Below are positions 12,722 to 26,088 of a DNA stretch of 64,000 nt, one piece after another. Numbering within the stretch: position 1 is the first letter of the stretch; every line of letters begins with the position of its first letter. The notes under the pieces were generated by a model that was not told the DNA's origin, did no database searches, and saw nothing but the letters and a program-made list of their open reading frames with translations. The position numbers were made by a program, and so were the translations under genes. Source of the DNA: Podarcis gaigeae (Eukaryota); the NCBI GenBank assembly GCA_964106915.2, contig OZ066916.1; one strand, 5' to 3'.

Positions 12722-13901
12722 TTTATTACTGAAGTCCTGAATCATTGTGTTTTCCTTTGGGAAGAACATTAGTCTTGGGAAGCTTAACTAGCTTTTCCTT
12801 AATCAAAATGTTAAAGTGACTCTGATGTTTGTTCACTTTTTAAACGATTCCATGAAATTGTAGCACGGGTTGTAATTCTCCGCACTTGGACGCAAGCTGT
12901 GGCTTGGATCCCAATTTATGTTTCATTTCTTCGAAGAAAACTTCTTGCCATGAAGAAGCCCTCGTGTTCATAGAAGACACTTTCCATTATCAGCACCTCC
13001 TTCCATGAATAAAACAAACTTTGGAATCAACCTAGTGAATGTGAAAGCCATAGATAGTACATTTTTAATATACTGTTTAGAATAATGTAAATACAGGCAA
13101 CTCCCAATTTACACAGGGGTTACGTTCCAAGGCACTGCACACTTTAAGTGAAATCACGAATATTTGAAACTAAAATATACTGTGAAAACACTAAATGAAC
13201 TAGTTTTTAAGAAACTGGTCTGCCCTTCTAGCGTGTTTCTGGAGCAAGGAAGTTTAAAGTTTTTGCTTGATAACTTAAGAGAGGTAAACTTGGAAGTTGT
13301 CTCCTACAACAGGAAACAGGAGCTCTTTGTACATGTGGATTATTTTCAGATTTGCAAATGAATGGAAGCATGCTTTCTTCACATAGGTCTTTCAGACCTT
13401 TGTATGTGGGGCAACAGTTTTGTCCAGATATCCAGTTACTCCCAAGTTTAAAGAATTGTATAAAGGCCACTTGGTTTTTCTTAATGGCTGATGACAGAAA
13501 CCACTTTTTTTCAGTGTTTTACACTGGACAAATTGCATTTGGTGAAATGCTACATTGTCAGTGTGGTTCAAGAAATCTCTGCTGAGAGTAGTTTTATCAG
13601 GGGAGAAATTCCTTGGATGCCAGAAGCTCCTGGCCTTCAAATATAAGGATGTGCATTTACTGCCTCACATGAGAAATTTCTTGAATATAACCAGTCTGAG
13701 TTAAGAAATTATGAATAAGAGATGGACATACTGTAAAACTGCATTGTTGCTGGAAAAACTTGCTAATTTTGGGGTGTTGGTGGTGAGACTAGGCAAGGTG
13801 TCGAGCGGTTTCTGCTTGAATAGTTTCACAGATTAAGGAATGCAGTTTAAACAAAAAGGATAGAACTTACAACTCTGCCTATAGTTTCTTAACTCCAATT
13901 T

Positions 13902-13907
13902 AATAAA
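13902..13907 (+). terminator. IRAK1BP1: Candidate IRAK1BP1 polyadenylation signal AATAAA (alternative at 13008)
   Basis: AATAAA followed by T/GT-rich downstream sequence. Confidence 0.45.
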
Positions 13908-14427
13908 ATTCTAACTTTCCAACCTGTACTTTGTACTTAATCTGCAGTTTGCTATTTTTGTGGAATTTATTCTGGCTTTGCTAATGTAAAGAAGCAAGGT
14001 TATGGGGACGGGACAGCTTTTCCTAACAAGGAAATGATGCAGATGTTTTTCATTCTCCTAGCCCAACACAATGTCCATTTTATATTATAGTATCATACCT
14101 GCCTATGCACCTGTTAAGAATAAGTGCCTTCAGAAAGAAAGTTGATCACACATCTCTAGATAATAGAATTTGTAAGGCTGTCTCACACATGTAATGATGG
14201 TAGTAAAATTTACCAGTTCCATTAGAGCATTTGTGTTAAGAAACTAAATTGCTCTTGTTGCCAATCAATATCCTTTATATTTAAGTCATTGAGGTTGCAG
14301 TCCTGTAGAAACTTACCTGGAACTAAGACTCATTGAACTTGATGGGGCTTATTTTTGGGTCAACATAGGACTGCAGTATGGTGAAAGTTTTTAGACACAA
14401 CTTGTGTACTTCACACATTTATATTAG

Positions 14428-14476
14428 TTTAATAACCAAAGCAAAGCAGCTTAGAAAAACGAGTTTTCTATTTATT
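14428..14476 (-). terminator. PHIP: Candidate distal PHIP polyadenylation signals (AATAAA at 14471-14476; ATTAAA at 14428-14433)
   Basis: Hexamers on the - strand at the edge of a ~6.2 kb TE-poor, AT-rich stretch running from the PHIP stop. Confidence 0.45.
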
Positions 14477-17400
14477 TAAAAATAGGTTTGTAGTTACTAC
14501 ATTGCAGTGACAGTAATTCATACACATACATTCTAGTTTGTATAAAAGGATTCCAAGTATTATTCATCAAAACCAACGTAAGTGTTTCACATAACAATAA
14601 AAGTTTCGATCAATATGTACAAAAAGAAAGGGCACTGCTCATCCTGGTGTGAGACTGCACTTTATAACTTGATAAAGCAGAAGAGAAAGAAAATAACCTT
14701 GATAAAACCTAAACTTGTAAAACTGTATGTTGGTTACATGAACATTTTTGGGATTTACACCATACTGTACAAAGTAAGCAAAGCTTTAAAATGTGTCAGT
14801 TTCAAAATTAGATGTTCCAGACAATTTCCTTAAGTTACACTACATTATATGTTTCAACATTAAGTGGCAGGATTTAAGGTATTCACTCAACTTTCTTTTC
14901 AATTTTTGCAGTGTAATGGTCCAAAAATGTAACTTCAAAATGTGTGTCAATAGCCTATCCTTTTTAAAACATGCATCTGAGATAAATATACCATGTTAAA
15001 TGTCTTATGTGAAAGTGTAGAAGTTTGGTGCTGTATCTTTAAAGGGGTAGTAATTTCCAGCACTAATTATATCATGAACAAAAATTTATACCATATCCTG
15101 AAGCAATTATCTGCATTTATTTAAAATTCAAATATTCAGCATTTGGCTCCCTTTTTGGTATCAAAAGAAAAATGATTTTTCATATAAATAGCTCCTTAAA
15201 TTATTTACCCTTTAAAAAAGGCAGATTTGGGGTTTGGTCTTTAACAGCAAATATTATGCTATTTCCATCTTCAAAATGCCATCTCACATCTACGGTACTT
15301 TAACAAAAAATATCCTGAAATAAATGTAACCTTCCTGAAACAGAGGGTACCTTTTATTCCAAAAGGTTGTGAACTAAATGGGAAAATGAGAGCGACAAAA
15401 TAATTTTCTGCTTCACCATTATTCCAAGAGTAATATGTAAAGTTAGAACATTAAAAATAACACAATACCAGATTTTGTTATATTAGAAATAATTTTCAGA
15501 CTTGGCCACTATATATGAAATGTACATCTTTTTTGAATTATAAACATATGTACATTATTTACAGCAGAAACTGAACAGCCCTTTTATCAGATGAATGCTT
15601 AGGTCCAAGAACATGAAATGCAAGATTGATACATCAAAATGTACAACAAGGCTCAATCCAGTCGGTCCCTTACACACACTAGGACACAGCTGTCCCACAA
15701 GTGCACCTCTCCAGTTGTGGGAAGTCTGATGGCCGGTGTGGGTGAGATGGATGGCAGGAAACTCCTGCATGCCCTGAGGATGCAAGGCACGACTGGATTG
15801 TGGCCTTATGCTTTCATTAAATAGACCACCAGGAGCTCTTGCTTCAAAGCAAAGGATCCAGATTCTTCAGCACAGTAGGATCAGCTCTTTGCAGAAATCA
15901 ACACACTAAGAGCTGTGTGTATGGAGTTCTGGTTGGGGTCTTAATATCACTTTAGATGTACTGAAGCTCATGAAACTGAAAGCTCAAATTGGTATTTCAC
16001 AGAGTCGTAACACAGCACATGACTTATGTACTGAAACTATGTCCCCATTCATTTTTAAACGTTGAGAAGTACTACATGCTTTTGAATCGGTATTTTACAA
16101 AGATCAATCCAAACTAAGATAAAGTATTAAACAACACATGGAAAAATTGACAGTATGGTACGAATAATTTTGTGCGAGTTTACATCACAGCAGTACTATA
16201 GGAAGACGGGTTTTGTAAAGCTGCATCGCTACTCATACCACAATGATAAAGATCATTTCTTCAGTACCCAGTATTATACCAATGTAATTCAAGCTTAATC
16301 CCTGGGAAACAATTAAATTTCAAACCCGTTTAGGCAAACAAGGGATTGATTACTGGAGTGAAAATGAACTTATTTCCCAATCAAAGAAAATGGAATGTGC
16401 TGCTATCAGACATCGCTGTATAGTAACCACTGGTTAATATTGAAGTAATTTAATGTTCAGCATTATGGAACTAATGGACCGCTCTGTATCAGAAGCTGTA
16501 TCAGTAGACTGCATTTTACATTTGTTTTCATTACTGCCAAGTTTGTAAGATAATTGCTTGTGTGAATATCTGTAATTACCAACAGAAAGAGTGTCTACAT
16601 AGTATTTTCCATGTAAATGTGCCATAAAATAAATATTACTTTGCTCTCAATAGTTTTATCCATAACACATTTCATTATGGTTTCCCCCTCCAAAAGTTAG
16701 TGAACCAGTATTTATTGCTTATATTAAAATGTGCTAAATCAAAAGCTCTTCTGTGTTGGTACAATAAATTTTTTGCAAATCAGTCAAATCTAACCAATGA
16801 CAGTAATTTAAGTCAAACCAATGCAATTTAAAGCACCTATATAGTATATCTAGCACAATTACAGTTTTAAGTGTTTCTACACAAATGTATTACCAAAATA
16901 ATGTTAGAAAAAAATAAGCTTGTGAATTCTTAGTACAAAATTATTCATGAATGGGGAACAATACATTTGTGTACTGCAAATAAGACTTGGTTCTTTTGTT
17001 CTGAAATGTGTAATTTTCAGACACTATGATGGTGATGTGTACTATTCCATTCTCCAACGTTACATACACATACTTGATGTATACAAGTATATACATAAAT
17101 ATATGCCAAGTGGGACATAGTTATAAAAGGAGTAACTTACAGTAATGGGGTTTCATGTTTGCTTTGCCAATTTCTTTTATATAACAATGCAGATAACAAA
17201 AGGAAATCACACATTTGAAATTGATTGCCTTCATCAACAGTGAAATTCTTAAATGGACCAGATAAATCTATTGCAATGCTTCCATTGTGAAATGAACTAT
17301 CACTGTACATAGGCTGCTGAAATATTTTTATGTTTAATGTCTGCAATATTAGTAAGAATGCATGTTTAAAAACATAAGTCAGTGTCCCAAATCCCATAAT

Positions 17401-20400
17401 TATAATATGCTAATGAAAATAGGTATCCAAGGAGGACTAGTGCCAATAGAATTTATTATTCTACTGTAAATCATGATTTGGCAAATACTCTTAGTTGAAG
17501 ATATTTTCTTAAAAGCCAAACCAATATGGGTTATTTAGAGGAGATGGTGATGGCAACTAACCAACCAAAACAGAATCTTCCCTGCCTCCAAACATTCTAA
17601 ACTGGCCTGATCATAACGTCGATTAGTCTATTTCAAATAAAAGTGAATTATCTTTATGTTTATGAGTATTTGCGATAAAATCAGAAATGCATTTTAAGAA
17701 CCAATTGCCATGGACACAAACGGATGAAAGATGCATATTAATCTTGAACCTCAGATGCCATCAACTGTGAGCAACATATGTGCACTAATGAATTGAGTAT
17801 CAAGTTGCATACAAAGCTGTGTTGCATACATAGTTCCTGAAGTTGCTTCCACCTGCAGTCCTCAAACCCGGACTGGAAACTACATATTAACACAGACTGT
17901 CAATGCTGCCAAAATGGTAGACACACACAAAACATAAGATAACTGGTGCCGTTAACCTAGCTGTTTGGAGGGTAAGGATCTGAATATAACCTCCCAGGCT
18001 TCCCCTGATGGGGGAAAAATGTTAAAGGGGCTGCTTTATCACCTCTCCAAACAGATTATTGGCTCTACCATGTTGGCAAAACACAGCTAAACTTTAGGTT
18101 ACATGAATATAATACTGGTTTGTGACTATGTAACTTCTTTTTCAAAAACAATTCAACATGTAATATACAATATCATAAGGTGTAATTCCATAAATCAACA
18201 GAACATATTCTGATAAATTAAAGTCCAATGGATGGTCAGGAGAGACAGTCCATTCAGTTATTAATTTGGCAAACAGGCAATAACCACGATATGGTATGCT
18301 TATCCTGTGTTGTTCCACATCTCGCTGCTTTGAGGATTCTAGTGTTCTAGTGTTCCTTACATGTAGGTATCAGATGGAAAGCTAGAAAGTATGGCATGAC
18401 AAGGATTCCGGGATAATACCTTGTTTCGCCCAATCTGGCTTCATCAGCCGTGCGTACTCATATTCTTGTGTGCCGAAAACATGGAACATAATAGGTAGAG
18501 TTATGAGTATGTATGGCTGACAAAGCCTGATGGGGCGAAACAAGGTATTATCCCTGAATCCTTGTTGTGCCATGCTTTCAAGTTTTCCATCTGCTATCTG
18601 CATGTAAGGAATACTAGAACGCTAAAATCCTGAAAGCGGTGAGATGTGGAACACCAAAGGATAAGCATACCATATCGTGGTTATTGCCTGTTTGCCAAAT
18701 TTACAACTGAATGGACTGTCTCTCCTGACCATCCATTGGACTTTAATTTATCAGAATATGTTCTCTTGATTTATGGAATTACACCTTGTGATATTGTGTA
18801 TTACATGTTGAGTTGTTTTTGAAAAAGAAGTTACGTAGTCACAAACAGCCTGACGTTTTGTGTGTGTTGTTACCAGTATTATATTCACGTAACTGAAGGT
18901 TTAGCTGTGTTTTGTCAACATGGTAGAGCCAATAATTTGTTTGGAGAGGTGGAAAAGCAGCCCCTTTAACATTCCCCCACACACACCAGTGGAAGCATGG
19001 GAGGTTATATTTAGATCCTTACCATCCAAGCAGCTAGGCTGCCGGCACCAATTATCTTTTGAACAGGTATGTATACATCTGCATCTCTAGATTGAGGCTT
19101 ACTTCTCCCAAAGAGTGTTCAATGAAAAGTGTGGTTACATTTTTGTACCATGCAACTGTTTAAAGATGTATTTTGTTTTCTTTTAAATTGGACTATACTT
19201 TCAAACAATTGAAATTGTATTAAAGTTTGTTTTAATACAAACTTTGTTTTAAAGGTATAAAATAAGTAAATGTACCATAAACAAATAAATAACTGTTTCT
19301 TTTTCCATAGCAGTACATACAGCAATACATTCCCCTAAGTCATATAGTCATTTACAATAGACAACTTAAGTTTACTAAAGATGCACAAAATAATAGACTA
19401 CAAGGCACAATCATTAAGTGGGATTTTCCTTTAGGGTGTATATATTGACTTATGTCAGCTTGATAAGTACACTGTAAAAAGTGCAGAAAAACAATGTGCA
19501 ATGAGAACACTGTATAAAACATGATTGCATAAAAAGTGATTTGGCCTTTTTATCTTTAATAATTGAAAATAACCAATCTTCCCCTTAAAATAAAAGTATG
19601 ACATTTTAAAATTTTATCTAGTATTATCTAAAAAGTCCTGAAAAAAATTATTCCTGGGTAATATTGTATATATTTATGTGCTTGGGTACATAATATATAC
19701 ATACACAGACACTTTTTAAAATTTTAGTCAGTTTTAACACAATTTGTATAAACAATCAATCTGATCGCATCGTAAACATAAGAATCTCACACTTTTCCTG
19801 CAGTTTCCTTGAATCCTTTAACCCAATTATACATTTTGCCTAAGGATCCCACCAGTGCATTAATTGTTTTTACTACAAAGTACCAGTAGAGATAATTTTT
19901 CAGAACAGTGTATATTTAGAACATAGATTCATAAGCATAATTGGAAAATGTATGCTGCACTGACACTAAAAACTTTTCTACTGCACCGGTTTTCAGTCTT
20001 TGGCACAATAAACAGAGATTTGATTGATACGAGAATGAAGGTCTGAAAAATTAGACATATTAGTCAAACTTTTTCCAATGTGGATATATATATCTACATA
20101 GTGTGATTTTCCTCTCTGGCTGAACCTAGATAAACCAACAAGCTGCACTAGGTTTGTTTGTACAAAGCTGTGTGCCCAATTACTACTGAAATTAAACATC
20201 GTATTAGCAATGTTTGGAATTTTGCATTTGTTCTCAATGGCATTTACTGCCACACTCTGCTAATGTCCTGCAAAACACAGATACTACACTCTATACAAAT
20301 GTACTGTACCTTGCTCATTCAAAAATAGGAGTTCTGTTCTCAGTCTGTTACATTAAAAATTCTATCAATTTTAATCAAATAGAGGTTACTGACTGTCCAA

Positions 20401-20676
20401 AATTACAGTAACATTTCTGCAAATCAAGAATTTCCATTTATACAATCTTCAATACCAACTGAACAAAGTGAATTGAAATGTATAACCTACTTGGAGGGCA
20501 ATAAATAGCAAAAGTTTAAAATACATACTTCTTTCAAAGAAATGGTTCAGTTTGTTTTTGCTATACTTTTTCCAAATCAGAACGTATTCTCATTTGTAAA
20601 TAGCAGCAGAAAGCAGATATCCTTAGTTTTACCACTTCCTCAGCTGTACCTGTTTATTAGCATTTTTAAATGCTGG
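14450..20676 (-). other. PHIP: Probable long PHIP 3' UTR
   Basis: Follows the stop codon; no recognisable TE over ~6 kb, unlike the introns; AU-rich with Pumilio-type TGTACATA sites (14614, 15547). Confidence 0.6.
17936..19058. repeat. Long inverted repeat / giant hairpin (arms 17936-18462 and 18502-19058, loop ~39 nt)
   Basis: Arms are reverse complements at roughly 90% identity, including perfect 60-bp (18200-18259) and 44-bp (18263-18306) runs; 27-nt bulge in the right arm. Confidence 0.97.
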
Positions 20677-21350
20677 TTACCAACCAATGAGATTAGCCTT
20701 TGCTTTTTCAGTCAACTTGCGGACTCTGCCTCTGCTAGATGTCCCAAAAGTCAAAGAGGTGTCTTCAAACAATAGTTGTCTTTGCTCCTCCTCCGAGTCA
20801 TCTTCATTGTAAAAAGCTGTCCTCCTACCCTGATTTCTAGTTCTCATGTGGGGTTCAGAATCTTTCAGTTCTTCATGCTCTTCTTCAATAGGTTCATCTG
20901 TCTTTTTTCTCTTGCTTCTCGTCTGAATCTTAGGATCTGCAGAAAACGTAAGTTCTAATCCTGGCTCTTGTGCCTCTAGCTTTCTTTTAGGCTTTCTGCC
21001 TCCACGCCCTTTTCTTTGCAACAAGTCTTCCTTCACATTATTTTCAGAGAGAGAATTGCATGCAGTGGAAACGGATGCTTCCTCTGTTGTTGTTGTTGCT
21101 GTTGTTGTTGTTGTTAAGTCTTTAGTAGTCTGGATTGTGTTCTGCCCTAAATTCTTTTGCTGAGCAAGTAATAGGCTTTTTGGTTTCCTCCCTCTTTTCT
21201 TGTGCACCACTTCACAACTATTGTTGTTTGTTTCAATCTTGGGTTTCCGTCCAGGACCCCTCTTAAACATAGGCTTTGAAGACTGTCCCCCATGTCCGTT
21301 TACCTGTATGCTTCCTGATGCCAAAGGCATGACATTATTCTTGCAATCTG
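20677..21350 (-). CDS. PHIP: PHIP terminal coding exon (40)
   Basis: ...[55 protein letters not shown] is the PHIP C-terminus; NAGNAG acceptor (21350 or 21347). Confidence 0.95.
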
Positions 21351-21677
21351 CTATAAAGACAGAGTAACATGTCAGTGACTTGCATTACCCATCTCCTTTG
21401 CAAACAAATAAAAAATTAAGTGCAGAGCAATCCTAAGTATGGGACCAATCAGGCCTCAATTTAGTTGCATACAAATTAGACTCATCTGAATGATTAAACA
21501 CACCAAAAATACCAAAAAAATTTCTAGTATTAATCAGGGCTGTAAACTGATAAGCTAAAAACTTGCCTTATAAATTACTTAGTGATTACTTGGTGGGAAT
21601 TACTTTTAATCTAAAACTGAAGCACCAGTTATTATATATTCCATAATAACCAACATTTAAAAATATAAGAAGCTTAC

Positions 21678-21839
21678 CTTGTGGGCTGAGAGTGGAAGAT
21701 TTTGGTTTACGTTTAATTTGTTTATCCTTCTCCACATTTTCTCTTGCAGTATTATTCCTAGTGTTATGAGCAGAATTGGTTTGATTATGGACTAATAAAA
21801 TATTCTGGTTCTTGGAATGTTTGGTGGAATCCTCTAATA
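21678..21839 (-). CDS. PHIP: PHIP exon 39
   Basis: ccag|(V)LEDSTKHSKNQ...RENVEKDKQIKRKP...PQ|gtaag. Confidence 0.85.
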
Positions 21840-22019
21840 CTGGGAGACAACAGAGAGAGCAAGAGTTAAGTTTTAAACAAGATTTTCAATTACTATGTAT
21901 TTGTTGGTCAAATAAATACATACCTTATTTCTTCTGAAATATATTTTCAACAAAACATTGTTGAAGGGCTCTATTTAAGATTATTTTACTCATTTATCCT
22001 CAGTCTATGGTTTTCTATA

Positions 22020-22297
22020 CCGTATTTTTCGCCCTATAGGACGCACTTTTCCCCCTCCAAAAATGAAGGGGAAATCTGTGTGCGTCCTGCGTCCTATGGG
22101 GCGAATACAGGCTTTCGCTGAAGCTTGGAGAGCGAGAGGGATCAGTGCGCACCGACCCCTCTCGCTCTCCAGGCTTCAGGAAACTATCAGCAAGCCTGGG
22201 AACCCTCGCGCCGGGCAGACATCCACAGCATGGAGATTTTTTTCCTTTATTTCCCTCCCCAAAAAACTAGATGCGTCCTATGGGATGAAAAATACGG
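22020..22297. mobile_element. Tc1/mariner-superfamily MITE (CCGTATTTTTC TIR)
   Basis: TA TSD and TIRs; homologous to 9624-9882. Confidence 0.8.
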
Positions 22298-22744
22298 TAC
22301 TTCCATGATTTACACAACCCCCACATCTGCTGACTGCATGGGGTCTGGAAGGAGACGTGGCTCTCTGTATTGGTGGTGGGTAGTATCCGAAGCCCCTACA
22401 TTCATTAGAGAAATGCTGGAATCAAGCCCTCTCTCTACAACAAGCCTGCAGCTGACTTAACTAAATTTGCCTCCATTGGAATCTGCAATGGGAAAGGAGT
22501 CAGGAATGAAAATTTTACATTGTGAAGGGAAAAAGGCAAGTTGCCCCCCCACCTCCCCCGCTAGCAGGCCTTTGGAAGCGGCAGTAAAATTGCCCCTTTG
22601 CACCCCCAACCCCACTCCATTTAGGATTGCATTCCTAATCTTCCTAATCTGAATACAAACATATAAATGTGATGTTGCATCTACAGCGGAAGCCATTATA
22701 TTTTAGGTTCCAGATCTGTGCCACTTATTAATAAGTTTACCCAC

Positions 22745-23004
22745 CTGATTTACCTGATGTAACAGTAGCACTAGGTTTCACAGTTGTAGGCTTTCCTCCT
22801 GAAGAAGTAGATGGTTGTTCATTAATAGCCATTTCTGCTACTGCCCTTGTACTCCTTGTTCGGACCAAAGCCACATCTGCTTTTCCATTCATCTGAGCAG
22901 CAGTGTTTCTCAGGGATGTTGAACGTGACGGTGCAGAGGGCAAAGGTGTAGCAGGGGGTTCAGCTTTCAGCTGTGGTTTTATTATTTTTCGTTTCCTGTC
23001 CGGA
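22745..23004 (-). CDS. PHIP: PHIP exon 38
   Basis: PDRKRKIIKPQLKAE...EQPSTSSGG...SGKS; AG/GT boundaries keep frame. Confidence 0.88.
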
Positions 23005-23732
23005 CTACAAACAGATGACAAGTCTGACAACTCATGCTATTTTATAGTGTAAAGCAATAGCAATAGGCCCTGGTTATCAACTAATTTCATCCATGAGCCA
23101 GTCTTTATGTGGTCCAATTCTCCCACACATCTCTCTCAATGCCTCTTCAGCAATTCAAATGTTGATTGTAACCTTTAAAGGCCTAAATGGCTAGGGCCAC
23201 AGGTATCCAAGGATCCCACATGAACCTGCCCAGGTCTTAGAATTCTCAGTAGAAATTGATTGCTTCTGCAGCTGAAAATTAGGTGGGTGGCAAACTGGGA
23301 AAAGGCATTGTATGTTGTGGTTCTCTGACTCTAGAATGTTCTCCATTAGCCAATGAGTCTGATGTCTAAAGCTTATCAAGCTAAGACGTTTTTAATGTCT
23401 AGGTTATTAAGTATCTTTTTAGTTGGCTTTAGGTTTTAACCACAGCTTAAGTACTGGTCTGCAAGTATCCCCTTATGGTTAGTAAATTTACTGGATTAAC
23501 TGTATTCTCTCAGATGCTGGGGTGTGGGTGGGGCGCAGGGAGAAAACAACTCCTACACCAAGGGGTCAGGTGGCCTCATGTATGATAGTGGCAGCTTAGA
23601 CAAGTGGACTGGAAGAATCAAAGCTAGCCCTGGGCCTGTTCATGGGAGTAAGCTAGGAAATATATTTTTATGCAGTGTAAAATATTAATAAAAGGTAGCC
23701 ACAAGTGCTGCCACACCAATGTAAAACATTCA

Positions 23733-23933
<201 letters not shown>

Positions 23934-24499
23934 CTATTAAAAATATTAAAGTGTATTAATATGACAAAAATATTGAACAGTTTGTCTCACATTTTAATTT
24001 CTGCCCATAGTAGTTTACACAAATCAGTAGACACATGAAGCAAGATCAACTGCACAGAAGATCCCCATAAGGCTCCACAGCATCACATTCTCTGTTTCCC
24101 ATGCACCGCAATGGGAACATTAGAAGGAATGTGCACAGTTCTTCACCCAGCCTTGTACTCTCCACAGGTGCTTTTGGTCAGAATGTAAGCAGCCAACACG
24201 AATAGAGGGAACACTGGATGAGGACAGGAGAGGGGCCACAGACTTCACATCTACACTATTGTTCCTTCCCATCACATTGCTTGTCTGCATGGCGAAGTGC
24301 AGAGAAAAAAGGTAGACAGAGGGGAATAAGGATCCGTTGAATTGTATCAGGATTATCCATGAACAGACACAAGACCCAAAATAAGGTATTATTTCAGGTA
24401 ACACCAACAATATATTTAAATATAGTCTGAGATGTGTTTTGTTGTCCATATTAAAATCAATTACACATTCCACTTCTCTAGCAACAAACACAACATTTA

Positions 24500-24715
<216 letters not shown>

Positions 24716-25075
24716 TTAGAAACATTAATGAACTGATTTCAACAATCTAATGTTATATTACTAATTACTGAAAAAGCAGAAAATAACTGCATAAGCCTGT
24801 ATGGAAAACCATAAATCTTATACTGTCTTTTAAGCAAAATCCCCCAATGGAAAAAGGCCTAAAATTTCTGAATGTACCACAAATCAGATGTATAGCAGAT
24901 GAACAGCCTCAAAAAACAGAATGCATGAAATACCAAATACAACCACACCTATAAGAGAGACAGAGAATAATATTTTGCTGAAAACTCTACATCATTGTCT
25001 TTTACTTAATAAAATGTTTATCATTATTCTTCCACTTCAGTTTTCTAAGGTGAATGTTTCAGAAGAACATCATCA

Positions 25076-25312
<237 letters not shown>

Positions 25313-25623
25313 TTATCCCCTTTGGGAAAAATGCTGAAGGGAAAAAATATTCTGTAACCTCTCTCAAATTTTGAGGCCTTGCACTGTTACTTGAATTGAA
25401 CCCGGTCAATTTTTAACATCTATCTGGTAAAAATGAGGAGAAGGAAGCCATGGGCTGATGGTGGCCCCCACCATTTGGAAAATCAATAGTTTCAACATTT
25501 ATTGAAATAATCAGTAATATTAAACATGAAGATACACATAATCAAAGAGGCCTTATTTAAATTTGTTTGTTCCCACTTCACACATAACCAAAGCAGAAAT
25601 CAATGATGTAAAACAAATATTAC

Positions 25624-25674
25624 CTTCCTCTTTCTAGTAGAAGTGCCTGGCATGTTAATGTCTTTCTCTTCTTC
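25624..25674 (-). CDS. PHIP: PHIP exon 34
   Basis: EEEKDINMPGTSTRKRK|gtaa. Confidence 0.88.
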
Positions 25675-26085
25675 CTTTGGGCAATAAAATATTCATCACA
25701 TGATGCAGAAATACTAAGCATTTGAAATATACTTAACTTTGGTACTACTTCGTATTTATTTACTTCTACTTCCTTTCTATTAAGAACCTGTAAGTCTGAA
25801 AATATTTTTACACTTTAAGAAGCCAGCATTTGTAAACAGCAGCCACAGGCACTGCCTATGCTTGTTACTGCTGCTACTAGTTCCAGTCTTCCAGTCGTTT
25901 CCTTGCCTCCATGAAGTTCAGTGTGTGATACAAGACCCACAAATACCTGTAAAGTTATTACTAGAGCCACTGGGGGGGGGGGGAATAAGCACAAACTTTA
26001 TTATATACAAGGAGTACCCTATGACGCTCGTATTGAGATAGAGATGCATTTTCCAGAATCTCAAATTTTAAAATAGTGACTGTTT

Positions 26086-26088
<3 letters not shown>

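Noticed and set aside
18382-18603. 73-aa ORF across the hairpin loop
   Set aside because: No recognisable protein similarity; other frames in the arms are interrupted by stops.
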